Shown in pieces: positions 27,901-35,527 of a stretch of 64,000 bases of DNA (positions are counted from its first letter, which is position 1; every line of letters starts with the position of its first letter). This DNA is from a virus (Duplodnaviria > Caudoviricetes). The stretch is taken from IMG/VR virus record IMGVR_UViG_3300029288_004596, positions 32,001 to 96,000 of that record. One strand, written 5' to 3'. The notes under the pieces were generated by a model that was not told the origin of the DNA, ran no database searches, and was given only the letters and a program-made list of their open reading frames with translations. Both the position numbers and the translations under genes were made by a program.

Positions 27901-30378
27901 CATCATGGCTCTGAATCTGCCTTCAGTTCCCCATGACTCTCCAAGGATATTGCTCAGTCCCTGGATCGGAAGCACTTTCTTTCCTTCTATATCTAGGATT
28001 ATTCTTTTAGCTGGGTTAATCGCTTCGCTGGATCTGACTCTCAGGTCTTCTAAGGCAGAGACTTCAAATAGCTCGGAGGCTTCTTTGTATTCCTGGTCAG
28101 CTGGACTTATTCTCCACTTCCCTTTGGCTATTCTCTCCAGCTCTATCCGCACTACATCCCTGGGGTTGAAACCTCTGCCTATGTTCTCATACTTTTTGAG
28201 TCTCTCATCTAAGGCTAATAGTATATCCCCAGCTTCCGCGTTTATGTTTCTATTGGTGAGGTCAAAGCCAGCTTCTTTAAGGGCCGTTATCAGCGGGGCT
28301 CTCTCTAGGTTATTTTCAGTCACTCCCTGGCCAAGGATTCTTCCCGCTATACCCAGCTGTCTAAACTGCCATCTTTCCAGCTTGGAAGTTTGTCCAGCGA
28401 GTCCTATCAACCCAGGAACAGCTTCTTCTGATGCTGGGGCTATTCCCTGTTTTACCTTATATAAGTCTATCTGTCCTATAAGGTTATCTAGGACATCTTC
28501 ATCCATTCCCTGGGGTAGGACTATACCCACATCAAACTTGCTAAGAAGGACCTCGACATTGTTAGTGGGGACTCCATATAGTTTGGTTTCCCCTCCCTCA
28601 AGGGCTTTCCTAGTAATTCTGTATGGGACTTTTCCTACTGTGGCATACTTGGTTGTGCCAGCTGAGTAAGCCATGGCCTCTTCTATAAGAGCCGCTTTCT
28701 TAGAGGCTGTGGAGTGCGCCTCTTCCCATGAGGGTCTGGTGTAGATATCCCTTATGGTGTCTCCCTGTAGTCTTCTTTCACTCCATTCATTTTCTATATC
28801 ATCCCATGGTCCTCTGAAAACTTCATAAGGTCTTGTTTCTCTAAATTCTCTTTCATACTGGTCCACCTTCAGCCATTGCAGAGTTGGGTTTACTATGCCC
28901 TTGGTTAGATTCTCAGGATACTGTGCTGGGATTATATCCGCTACTGTGTTGGATATGTCTCCCATCACGCTGGATAGGTACTCTAGGGTTGAATCTATCC
29001 CATGGGCTCTGGATGCAGTGACAAACTTGGGAGATTTGGATGAGCCTATCAGGGCTCCTTTTTCATTGGCGTAGGAACTCCATTCTCCCGCCACTATGCT
29101 GTAACCTTTTGTTGTTCTCTGAGGAATGGTTGATTGACGAGCTTTGTTTCTTACGCTAGATCCAAACAGACTGGCATTCCCTGGGTCTGTGGCATAGAAG
29201 TCTCTATCAAAGGTCCCAGCATAAGTGTTGACTACCTGGTTGTACTCGAATCTGTTGGGGAACTCTTCAGCCATCATAGAGATGGCGTTCTCTATGTTAG
29301 CCCCAGTCAACCTCAACTTAGCCAATTCATTATTTAGTTGAGGTATGAGACCTCCTTTCCTCATGAGTTTCCTGGAGAGTCTCTCAGCGTATAAGTTGAT
29401 AGCCTGTCTATCCCCAGCCTTTAAAGCTCCAGCTAGATTAGAGATAGCTCTTATTACATCATCTGAATATGCTACTTTGGGTCTATCAAAGAGGGTGGCA
29501 AACTCCCTCCATATCCTGGCCTGCTCTGGGGTAGCGTTGCCAGCATGCGCGGCTTGCGCAGCCCCTATGATATTTTCCAGCCTCTGTCCAGTGAAGAGTC
29601 CTGAGAAATCTGAACTTGGGTTTACAAGTTTCCACACATCCATCAGGTTCTGAGCCTGCCAGGACTTGGACTCTATAAGAGTCTGGATATTCTTTTTCTT
29701 ATTGAGCAGAGTCCTAAGTCTTTCTTCTGCCGCATCAGACTCGCTCACATAATGTTTGAGGTCTCTAGCTCCATCTATTGGAGCGTTGGTGGATAATCCA
29801 AGGGTTGTTCTTCTGCTCTCATCCAGGATAGCGGCCAAGTCATTAACCACATTCCTAACAGTGGCGTTGCTTCTATCTGGTAGTTTCTGGAGGATATAAG
29901 CTCTGAGTCTAGCCTTGTCCACATTCCTGAGGTTGATGCCCATGACTCTGGAGGTTTCCATGCTGTCCGCTTCCAGAGCGTTTAACACCGCCAGGATATC
30001 ATGTTTAGTCTCTAGCCTGGGTTCATTCTCCACTTTCTTCCTGACAGCGTCTATAGAACTCTTGATAGTCCCTGTCTTCACATGGGTGGCTGGAGTCCCT
30101 GGGATATTCCTGGCCGCCATAGCCGCTTGGGCGTTGGCGGTGTAACTTCCAGCTATCCTGTTAGGTATGGTTTCTCTTATTGCTTTGGAAATATTCTCCA
30201 GGACAGGTCTTATGGAGTTGGCGTCTATAGGATATCTTTTGTAGGTGGAGTAGGCGGCATAGTAAACCGTGACAGCGATAAAGCCCTCGCTGATAGGATC
30301 AATCGAGGTTATCCTGCCTTCTCTTAAGGTTTGGTTGTCGCGTACTCGGTCTCCGACCTTGTAGTGTCTGTAGTCCAT
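24949..30378 (-). CDS. Giant protein with an internal DEDDh (DnaQ-like) 3'-5' exonuclease domain (~26860-27360) (1809 aa)
   Basis: YIDIETN, VVGHNIQFD, IDTMLLA, YSLENLA and EEHIGVYDAATT form a complete DEDDh set; N-terminal SH3/KOW-like YKVGDRVRD; the rest looks helical and is unassigned. Confidence 0.75.
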   Translation of the reverse strand: MDYRHYKVGDRVRDNQTLREGRITSIDPISEGFIAVTVYYAAYSTYKRYPIDANSIRPVLENISKAIRETIPNRIAGSYTANAQAAMAARNIPGTPATHVKTGTIKSSIDAVRKKVENEPRLETKHDILAVLNALEADSMETSRVMGINLRNVDKARLRAYILQKLPDRSNATVRNVVNDLAAILDESRRTTLGLSTNAPIDGARDLKHYVSESDAAEERLRTLLNKKKNIQTLIESKSWQAQNLMDVWKLVNPSSDFSGLFTGQRLENIIGAAQAAHAGNATPEQARIWREFATLFDRPKVAYSDDVIRAISNLAGALKAGDRQAINLYAERLSRKLMRKGGLIPQLNNELAKLRLTGANIENAISMMAEEFPNRFEYNQVVNTYAGTFDRDFYATDPGNASLFGSSVRNKARQSTIPQRTTKGYSIVAGEWSSYANEKGALIGSSKSPKFVTASRAHGIDSTLEYLSSVMGDISNTVADIIPAQYPENLTKGIVNPTLQWLKVDQYEREFRETRPYEVFRGPWDDIENEWSERRLQGDTIRDIYTRPSWEEAHSTASKKAALIEEAMAYSAGTTKYATVGKVPYRITRKALEGGETKLYGVPTNNVEVLLSKFDVGIVLPQGMDEDVLDNLIGQIDLYKVKQGIAPASEEAVPGLIGLAGQTSKLERWQFRQLGIAGRILGQGVTENNLERAPLITALKEAGFDLTNRNINAEAGDILLALDERLKKYENIGRGFNPRDVVRIELERIAKGKWRISPADQEYKEASELFEVSALEDLRVRSSEAINPAKRIILDIEGKKVLPIQGLSNILGESWGTEGRFRAMMEALGPILGEDNLGLEVVLGRLVSGNAKKKLQEASLLLQRIQETELKIDAAMREAANLTGQALSTHMSKVDKLFAQRSSLEEAINAVRNSINLNLNKTIGLEGTGTLTEQGLLYNGNLYYKNPEEIELGLKDLYTISSTPPPGSLDISRTTEAKFVKLANGAVIPLSDMDMLERLKYFKSEYGTYIDIETNPENQITNIGGVGYSHDRGALNVGEAPNWKNEFGKKVPGYTPNFVTTEKESIEQLTSWLGRENPYVVGHNIQFDFNALISRAQELGFPPEVLASLEKKRLKSIDTMLLAKVYEDLTGNLIPGGYSLENLAKYLGVRAGTWKEEHIGVYDAATTRDIAAELMNRIGALQSRISGQEVTDPFTGKYLFGLEGTSTKGRLFQIHGYDFSDSSTAVLRELDDRGNALDKYVRVTDSTYNLVNRLQGQFHTFETLEEGTKARIEYAQDLAGRRIRRARESTAAGIDEAYRLENLDEIYLRQQRGEDVTKYVGLLDDERLQKQMGYVREAWLDEYNDFHRGFYERLNSLNFTKEQEKEILSNYWSRVDELAPYERLNRRIDTWNRKLSFNIDALGANAESINISSAEAFDADVQRISRRLIGNMSDTEKAVLGLSKEMPPDDLARVSATLWNETIAPALATQRTPLAQKIGDPELLEAIQGGATSLREYALKIGSTPEHLLDIERYNLLTQGEFSNYLQNRRNNLAAQSAQIESIGNEVLENSLRPPLTVPYSNWIAKEFKGKPLSEVPLDRVGRQIFATPDLDDVTRRNIMDYLGWNNVPEEAMDLEGRIIGSLSPGELDKVASDWRNPIELRNLVRSYINRDMGIDPLAIERVTQPSFTKFSGGMYNIVSQAEETAPRVVEWMSDHKLPVAIMAAGAAFAAMRKPNLENVEEKEMPISVKHNDISTKISPKYKSIRISVDGTTEQHISHNDLVESIQTALGAGSNAPIPAQPTVNTQDNRTVFDKNYIDDMATKLAGG

Positions 30379-30920
30379 TAGAATAACGATAGCGGGTGTA
30401 GATCTTTAAGGGGTATACACTTGGCTGGGTATTTCAGTTTTTCATCCACTGGTATATCTTCTATAGTCTGAGCTGTAGTCCATCCAAGGACATAGCCGTC
30501 CCTGTTCTTAGGGTTATAGCCACAGCATATGTAGATATCATGAGAATTTTCCAGATCATAATCTGAGATCATGACTGTAAAGGTCTCCAGGTTAAGAGAA
30601 TCATCATAGAGCTTCTTCTTATTCTTAAGAATCCTAGGGGTGAGTCTCCTAGTCTTCACATAGATGTTCTTGTTATTCACTGTGTACTCCGGGGTCTCCC
30701 AGAAAGGGCTTATCCTTTCATAGTCTGTTCCCATGTAGTTGAGGAACTCCTCAAATAGGAAACCTCCTATGGAACTCACGGCTCCAATCCTGGAATCTTT
30801 CTTCCTTGTCAGATCATAGGCATGTTTCTTCCAGGTGTCAGCGCCTACCCTCACATAGAACCCTTCACTCAGAGGGTCTAATCTTTTTGCTCTCTTGTAT
30901 TTCTCTCCTAGTGTCGTCAT
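30378..30920 (-). CDS. Hypothetical protein, possible restriction-endonuclease-like PD-(D/E)XK fold (180 aa)
   Basis: G..FEEFL...PEYTVNNKNIYVKTR...YICCGY...YVLGW pattern; the acidic catalytic residues are atypical. Confidence 0.4.
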   Translation of the reverse strand: MTTLGEKYKRAKRLDPLSEGFYVRVGADTWKKHAYDLTRKKDSRIGAVSSIGGFLFEEFLNYMGTDYERISPFWETPEYTVNNKNIYVKTRRLTPRILKNKKKLYDDSLNLETFTVMISDYDLENSHDIYICCGYNPKNRDGYVLGWTTAQTIEDIPVDEKLKYPAKCIPLKDLHPLSLF

Positions 30921-31107
30921 CTAGATACTTTATCTCCCAAAATCTCCTGTTGAATTTTTTCTGGTACTCCCTTGGTTTATCGTATAACCTGAAGGAGAAG
31001 TCAAACATCTCCTTGGTCAGCAGTTCCTTGTTATACTTTGTGGCTATGTTTTTCATCACCCTGTCAATGAAGGTTTTCCTATACTTTATTTTCTTCGTGC
31101 GGCCCAT
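30865..31107 (-). CDS. Small basic hypothetical protein (80 aa)
   Basis: ORF in the co-oriented chain with a purine-rich upstream sequence. Confidence 0.45.
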   Translation of the reverse strand: MGRTKKIKYRKTFIDRVMKNIATKYNKELLTKEMFDFSFRLYDKPREYQKKFNRRFWEIKYLDDDTRREIQESKKIRPSE

Positions 31108-31405
31108 CTACTTCCACTATAAGTTCATAACTTATAGCATCTCTCTCCTTTCCTCTCTTTACATGAACTCCTATCTTTCCTCCCACTTCAGGGACGAAAC
31201 CCATCCCTATGAACTCTAGGGGTTCATCTTTGCTGGTTCCTTTTATATAGACATCTCCAACCTCAAAACCTGTGGGATCATCTGTGAGGGCTCCTTCCTT
31301 TATGTACCCCAGCTTACTATACATTATAGTTATTCTGGAGCCCTCTCCTGTCGTTACCTCGTACCTAGTCAACCCAGATTTTCTAGTAGTGCTATTTGAT
31401 ATCAT
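31079..31405 (-). CDS. Hypothetical protein (108 aa)
   Basis: AAGGAG RBS upstream; co-oriented. Confidence 0.55.
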   Translation of the reverse strand: MISNSTTRKSGLTRYEVTTGEGSRITIMYSKLGYIKEGALTDDPTGFEVGDVYIKGTSKDEPLEFIGMGFVPEVGGKIGVHVKRGKERDAISYELIVEVDGPHEENKV

Positions 31406-31415
31406 TATTAAGAAC

Positions 31416-32429
31416 TTATCTCCTTAGAGTAGAAGAAAGAAAACCTCCCTTCCAGATTTGCTTAGCTAATAATTTACAATCTTCTTTTCTAATGTCTTGA
31501 CTTAGTCTTTTTCCTTCTCTGATACTATGTAAGGAAACTCTTCTATTAGAAGAACCTCCAACAAGACACTTTCCATACTTTGGATGAAGGATCAGCATTC
31601 CTCTAGGTATTCCTAAACTAACTGTAGAACCATAAGTCTTCCTTTTCCCTTCTTTTGGATTAGCAACATGTAGTTGTCTTCTATGCCACTGCATGAAATC
31701 AAACTTATAGAACCCCTTGAATGGTATAATATCCCCTAAGACAAGTTCACAGAGACAGTGGCTATCAACACAGTGCGCTTCCCATGTGTCTTTTAATTTA
31801 TTACTGGTCTTCTTGAATCCTCTGTAGTTTCTCTGTTCATGAGTCTCAAAGCCTCTGTGTTTCCATGATCTGAGTCCTCTCTTTTCTACCTCGGACCCAA
31901 ACCACTGCTTGCCAACTTCTAAAGGACTGAACATGACATTCCACCTGCGTTGTCCTTTCTTACTTTCTGCACATAAATCTTCTACTACTATATCTGTTAT
32001 AGGCACTATCTTTGATATAGCATCAATTACTCTAGTGTGTGCCTGCCAGCGAGCTTTAGTGGAAGGTGGAATACATCCTATAGTCCTATTGTATCTACAC
32101 TTCCTATAAGGAGTTTTTCTTCTTCTTCTACTTCTTCTTAGAATACTTCGTAGTTTTACTGCATCCTTGACCCACCATGGTGTGTTCAACTGAATGTTTA
32201 AAACTACCTTTGTTTCAGTAGCCACAGTAACTCCTGTTCTTTTGCTGCCAGGATCAATCCCTATGACTACATCTCTTGTAGCTCTTGATGATGGCTCCTT
32301 CTGTAGTATTATGCAGAAGATGCCTTTGTGCCAGTAGGCTTTAGCTTCCTTCTTTTCCATTAGTTTCCTAGCCCTCTTCTCAGAGCATGGCATCAATGGT
32401 TGTTTGTTTGAGTCTAATACAGGAACCAA
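31416..32429 (-). CDS. isrB: IsrB-type OMEGA RNA-guided nickase (IscB family lacking HNH; IS200/IS605-derived) (337 aa)
   Basis: N-terminal VLD...PLMPC..RARKL (PLMP); RuvC-I IGIDPGSKRTG; Arg-rich bridge helix RRSRRRRKTPYR; RuvC-II IVVED; RuvC-III HCVD; no HNH; size fits IsrB; AAGGAG RBS before TTG. Confidence 0.85.
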   Translation of the reverse strand: MVPVLDSNKQPLMPCSEKRARKLMEKKEAKAYWHKGIFCIILQKEPSSRATRDVVIGIDPGSKRTGVTVATETKVVLNIQLNTPWWVKDAVKLRSILRRSRRRRKTPYRKCRYNRTIGCIPPSTKARWQAHTRVIDAISKIVPITDIVVEDLCAESKKGQRRWNVMFSPLEVGKQWFGSEVEKRGLRSWKHRGFETHEQRNYRGFKKTSNKLKDTWEAHCVDSHCLCELVLGDIIPFKGFYKFDFMQWHRRQLHVANPKEGKRKTYGSTVSLGIPRGMLILHPKYGKCLVGGSSNRRVSLHSIREGKRLSQDIRKEDCKLLAKQIWKGGFLSSTLRR

Positions 32430-32434
32430 AGTGT

Positions 32435-32681
32435 CTCCTTAGTTTGGGTTTACACCCCTTGTTAAAATCGCTTCGACTGTCGGGAAACTCATTGAAAGAA
32501 GGCTAGCGAAACACCCTCTATGTGCAGTGTAACCTTTCGATGTTACTACATCCCTTACATTGCCTCTAAGGCCAGTCTAGTCAACATGTTACCCTTGGAA
32601 CTCGCAGCTCGTTAAGCTCTAGGTCCCAAGCCCTTAGCTTTAACTATAGGGTTTACGACTCCTTGATTGTCTACTCTAGCT
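32435..32681 (-). ncRNA. Putative omegaRNA (scaffold ~32435-32659, 5' guide ~32660-32681)
   Basis: Non-coding region of about 285 bp directly upstream of isrB. It begins with a GTC..AACCC-hairpin-GGGCTTG, contains a later GTTGACTAG and several stem-loops (e.g. GTAAC-ATCGAAAG-GTTAC), as expected of IscB/IsrB omegaRNAs. Boundaries are approximate. Confidence 0.7.
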
Positions 32682-32714
32682 TAAATCCTTAGCAATAGCT
32701 ATAGGGTTTATGAC
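32627..32714 (-). repeat. Two 33-nt imperfect hairpin direct repeats separated by a 22-nt spacer
   Basis: GTCATAAACCCTATAGCTATTGCTAAGGATTTA (32682-32714) and GTCGTAAACCCTATAGTTAAAGCTAAGGGCTTG (32627-32659), 26/33 identical. Confidence 0.8.
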
Positions 32715-32716
32715 AC

Positions 32717-33190
32717 CTAGTCAATGTATCCTGTGGCTAGCCCTGAGGCTACCATCTCCTCTGAACCTATGTATCTTCCACTCTCCACCAGTTCCTTATA
32801 CTTCTCTACTGGTATGTCTGTGTTGCCTGTGATAAATCTTTCCAGCACTGAGTCGTCAATCTTCAATCCCTCAGCCGCTATCTGCAGTTCCTTGTAACTC
32901 CTCCAGGAAGAGCACTGTTCTGTGATATTATGAAACAGGAAGGTGGCGTACTTGCTTACCAACCTGTTCTTTCCAGCCGCGAATATCATTGTGGCGCTTG
33001 AAGCCACATATCCTAGTCCCACAGTGTCTGCGTTTCTCATCTTAAGAGCAGTGGCTATTCCCATAGCTGCGGGGACTTCTCCTCCTGAACAGGATATCCA
33101 GACAGTGATGTCTTCTTCAGCATCCAGTATCTCCTTGATAATGCTGTCAGCTACATCCGAATCAATCTTTGTGACTATGATATTTACCAT
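32717..33190 (-). CDS. clpP: ClpP-like serine protease (157 aa)
   Basis: ISCSGGEV..AMGI, GLGYVASSATMIFAAG (catalytic Ser), FLFHN (catalytic His), Y...EEMV..GL. Confidence 0.85.
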   Translation of the reverse strand: MVNIIVTKIDSDVADSIIKEILDAEEDITVWISCSGGEVPAAMGIATALKMRNADTVGLGYVASSATMIFAAGKNRLVSKYATFLFHNITEQCSSWRSYKELQIAAEGLKIDDSVLERFITGNTDIPVEKYKELVESGRYIGSEEMVASGLATGYID

Positions 33191-34068
33191 GTAACCCCCA
33201 AGTCTTTTGATAGTCTGTATCTTGTAGTCTGGCTTAGAGCTTCCACAAACTGTGGATGGCTTGCTGGGATAAGTGTAGATCTCCTGTGTCCACAGTATCT
33301 CCAGTGAAGGTTTTCCATGTCCTCAAATACCTCTATGGTCAGTTTCTTTTCTGAGGCTGCAGAGTATATGGCTGGAGAAGTGAATCCTATAGATCCTATG
33401 CAGTTAGGATGCTGCACAGCTCCAACAGAAAATAGGATATCTTCGCTGTCTTCTACAATACTATACATAGGAGGGAGATTATCTCTGGTCACTCCCATGC
33501 TTTTCAGCCTCTCAGCTCCAGCTAGAACTATAAACTTCTGGCTGGATTCCTTCTTGTAGTTCTCATAGAGTTTCTCCCTGACATAGCTTTTGTTTACAGT
33601 TATAGTGTCTATTAGATAGTCTTCTGGCATGGTGTCTATGGGAAGTTCTGTGGCAAAGGTTATGATCTCGCAGTAACCTTTGACTAGGTTCCATTCTGGG
33701 GGAGCATTGGGATCCAGTCTGGGGTAGAAGTCAGGTTTTTGCACCTGCTCTTCCAGGATTCCATTGGCCTTGGCTATTTCTTTTACCCTCTTGTCTATTT
33801 CCTCTTTTGTTCTTCGCCTGGTCAAAAACTCCATTTCCTTGGTTTTGTTTACATCAGCTTCAAGTCTTATGGCATACTTGTAGTCTGTGTTGGCTGGCAG
33901 TACAGCTGTACTTTTATCCACAAACCAGGCCTTGCTCCCGTAGTTCCTCTGGTGTTCATTGTTTGTGACTAGTATCTGAGTTTCATCATAGAAGTCCTTA
34001 TACAGTTCCATGGCCTTACATGCCGCCATAAAGTCTGTATTGTCCCCTTCAAAGATGTAAGTGATCAT
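33184..34068 (-). CDS. Hypothetical protein, possibly a divergent GT9 (heptosyltransferase-like) GT-B fold
   Basis: N-terminal EGDNTDFMAACKAM..YK...I.VT and C-terminal IGFTSPAIYSAASEKKLTIEVF echo GT9 motifs (G.GD...; IG.DSG..H.AAA...T..LF). The ATG at 34068 overlaps the upstream TGA. Confidence 0.4.
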   Translation of the reverse strand: MITYIFEGDNTDFMAACKAMELYKDFYDETQILVTNNEHQRNYGSKAWFVDKSTAVLPANTDYKYAIRLEADVNKTKEMEFLTRRRTKEEIDKRVKEIAKANGILEEQVQKPDFYPRLDPNAPPEWNLVKGYCEIITFATELPIDTMPEDYLIDTITVNKSYVREKLYENYKKESSQKFIVLAGAERLKSMGVTRDNLPPMYSIVEDSEDILFSVGAVQHPNCIGSIGFTSPAIYSAASEKKLTIEVFEDMENLHWRYCGHRRSTLIPASHPQFVEALSQTTRYRLSKDLGVTW

Positions 34069-34352
34069 TTCCTTCTCCTGCTTGAGGGAACCCAGACCCA
34101 TAGAGTAGACCCAATAGAAATGTGTTCTTTCAGGGTTATTTGGTATTCGCAGTCAAACTCTTCTATAGTGTATAGGTTGGGGAATAGAAGTCTCCCCTCA
34201 GGTCTAACAAACACCAGACAGTTGTTCTTCTCTATTTCTCTTTCCCTGAGTTCTTCAGAGACTCTGGTTATAGCTGTGAGAGCTTCGTTTTTGTCAAAGT
34301 CCACAAGCTTGAATGTGTTGTCAGATATCTTGTAAGTTAGTATCCCTGGCAT
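34065..34352 (-). CDS. Hypothetical protein (95 aa)
   Basis: TAATG coupling with GGAGG RBS. Confidence 0.55.
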   Translation of the reverse strand: MPGILTYKISDNTFKLVDFDKNEALTAITRVSEELREREIEKNNCLVFVRPEGRLLFPNLYTIEEFDCEYQITLKEHISIGSTLWVWVPSSRRRK

Positions 34353-35467
34353 TATAACCTCCTTCCCGTCAGTTCAGAAGTGTAGTTGGCGCAGTAACTG
34401 CCATCTAGATTTATTCCCATAATCACGTTCCCTGGCAGCGCCGGGGAGTAATCCATTCTATAGGCATAGGTGTCTAACCAGTCCATAAAGGACCCGGCAA
34501 TTATGTTGTAGCATATCCACTGTTCCTCGCACTTCTTCTGAGAGTTCATTATAGTGAAGGGTTCCCTGTATATGTTGGGACAGTGAACATGACCTGAGAT
34601 GTTGAAGTGTATAAACCCAGGATTTCCTACCTTTGTCATGGCGGCCCTCTGAATGCCAGTAGGAGTGGAAGGGCACCTTAGCCCATGTCTAGCCATGAAT
34701 TCCCAGGAGTGTGCCCCAGCGGAAACCATAAATCTAACTGATCCATCAAAGGATTCTATCTTGAGTTCTCTGGCTATCAGTTTGTTTATATTCTGTCCAG
34801 AGCCTTTTCTGGTGCGGTTTTCATGGTTTCCTGGGAGAGTGAATAGTATCTTGTGGGAGATGGGAGCGAGGAGTTCAAGGAGGTCATCCACCTGCACATC
34901 TGGGGGTTTTATAGTGTCGTAACACATCCCCCTCCCATCCTCCATAGCGTTCTCCATGATATCTCCTCCAATGAAGGTAGACACATTTGGGGTGTTCTTT
35001 ATAAAGTCTATGTGCTGCAGGAACTCATCATACTTGTGTCCTCTATGTCCATAGTGCACATCATAAAGAGGCAGGAAATAATAGGTGTCATCCACAAAAC
35101 AACTCTCAGGAAGATCTACAAACAGGGATCTCTGAAGGCCTCCTTGTTCCGCTAATGGTCTGTGGGTTACAAACTCTGTGGACTTGACGCTTGTAGGCAC
35201 CAACTGATATGTGGTTACATCCTTGGATACCTTGGCTATGTGGCTTCCTTTGTACTCCTTATCGAGCACTGACTGATACTTGGGGCCGAACTTTTTCTCT
35301 AACTCTACCACTGTTCTTGGCTTGGTGAGGAACCCTATAGGTGTATCGGGCAGCTCCTTCATCTCTGTGGCGAAAGTGTGCACTCCTAAGTGCGTTAGTC
35401 CTAATTCCTCTGCTATCACATCGTAAGGTTTGCCTGAAAGGATTGCCTCTTCAAGGCTTCTTGTCAT
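34352..35467 (-). CDS. Calcineurin-like metallophosphoesterase with an N-terminal HTH-like extension
   Basis: DVHYG, GGDIME, PGNHE, RHG and GHVH motifs; GGAGG precedes the ATG at 35467. Confidence 0.9.
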   Translation of the reverse strand: MTRSLEEAILSGKPYDVIAEELGLTHLGVHTFATEMKELPDTPIGFLTKPRTVVELEKKFGPKYQSVLDKEYKGSHIAKVSKDVTTYQLVPTSVKSTEFVTHRPLAEQGGLQRSLFVDLPESCFVDDTYYFLPLYDVHYGHRGHKYDEFLQHIDFIKNTPNVSTFIGGDIMENAMEDGRGMCYDTIKPPDVQVDDLLELLAPISHKILFTLPGNHENRTRKGSGQNINKLIARELKIESFDGSVRFMVSAGAHSWEFMARHGLRCPSTPTGIQRAAMTKVGNPGFIHFNISGHVHCPNIYREPFTIMNSQKKCEEQWICYNIIAGSFMDWLDTYAYRMDYSPALPGNVIMGINLDGSYCANYTSELTGRRL

Positions 35468-35492
35468 CTTATGTCCTCCGTGTGGATTTATT

Positions 35493-35527
35493 ATTATAAG
35501 TGTATCAATAACTTCGTAGTGCGTCAA
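35493..35527 (-). promoter_or_regulatory. Candidate sigma70/sigmaA-type promoter for the inserted cassette
   Basis: TTGACG (35527-35522), 17-bp spacer, TACACT (35504-35499), immediately followed by TATAAT (35498-35493). Confidence 0.5.

Noticed and set aside
27764-28669. Long plus-strand ORFs (this 301-aa one, also 15536..16096, 44436..45035, 44813..45352 and others)
   Set aside because: All lie antisense to well-supported minus-strand genes, are Ser/Leu-rich shadow translations and show no recognisable motifs
31416-32429. Calling the RuvC protein Cas9, IscB or TnpB
   Set aside because: Too short for Cas9 and has no HNH (excludes IscB); the N-terminal PLMP domain and lack of a C-terminal zinc ribbon argue against TnpB
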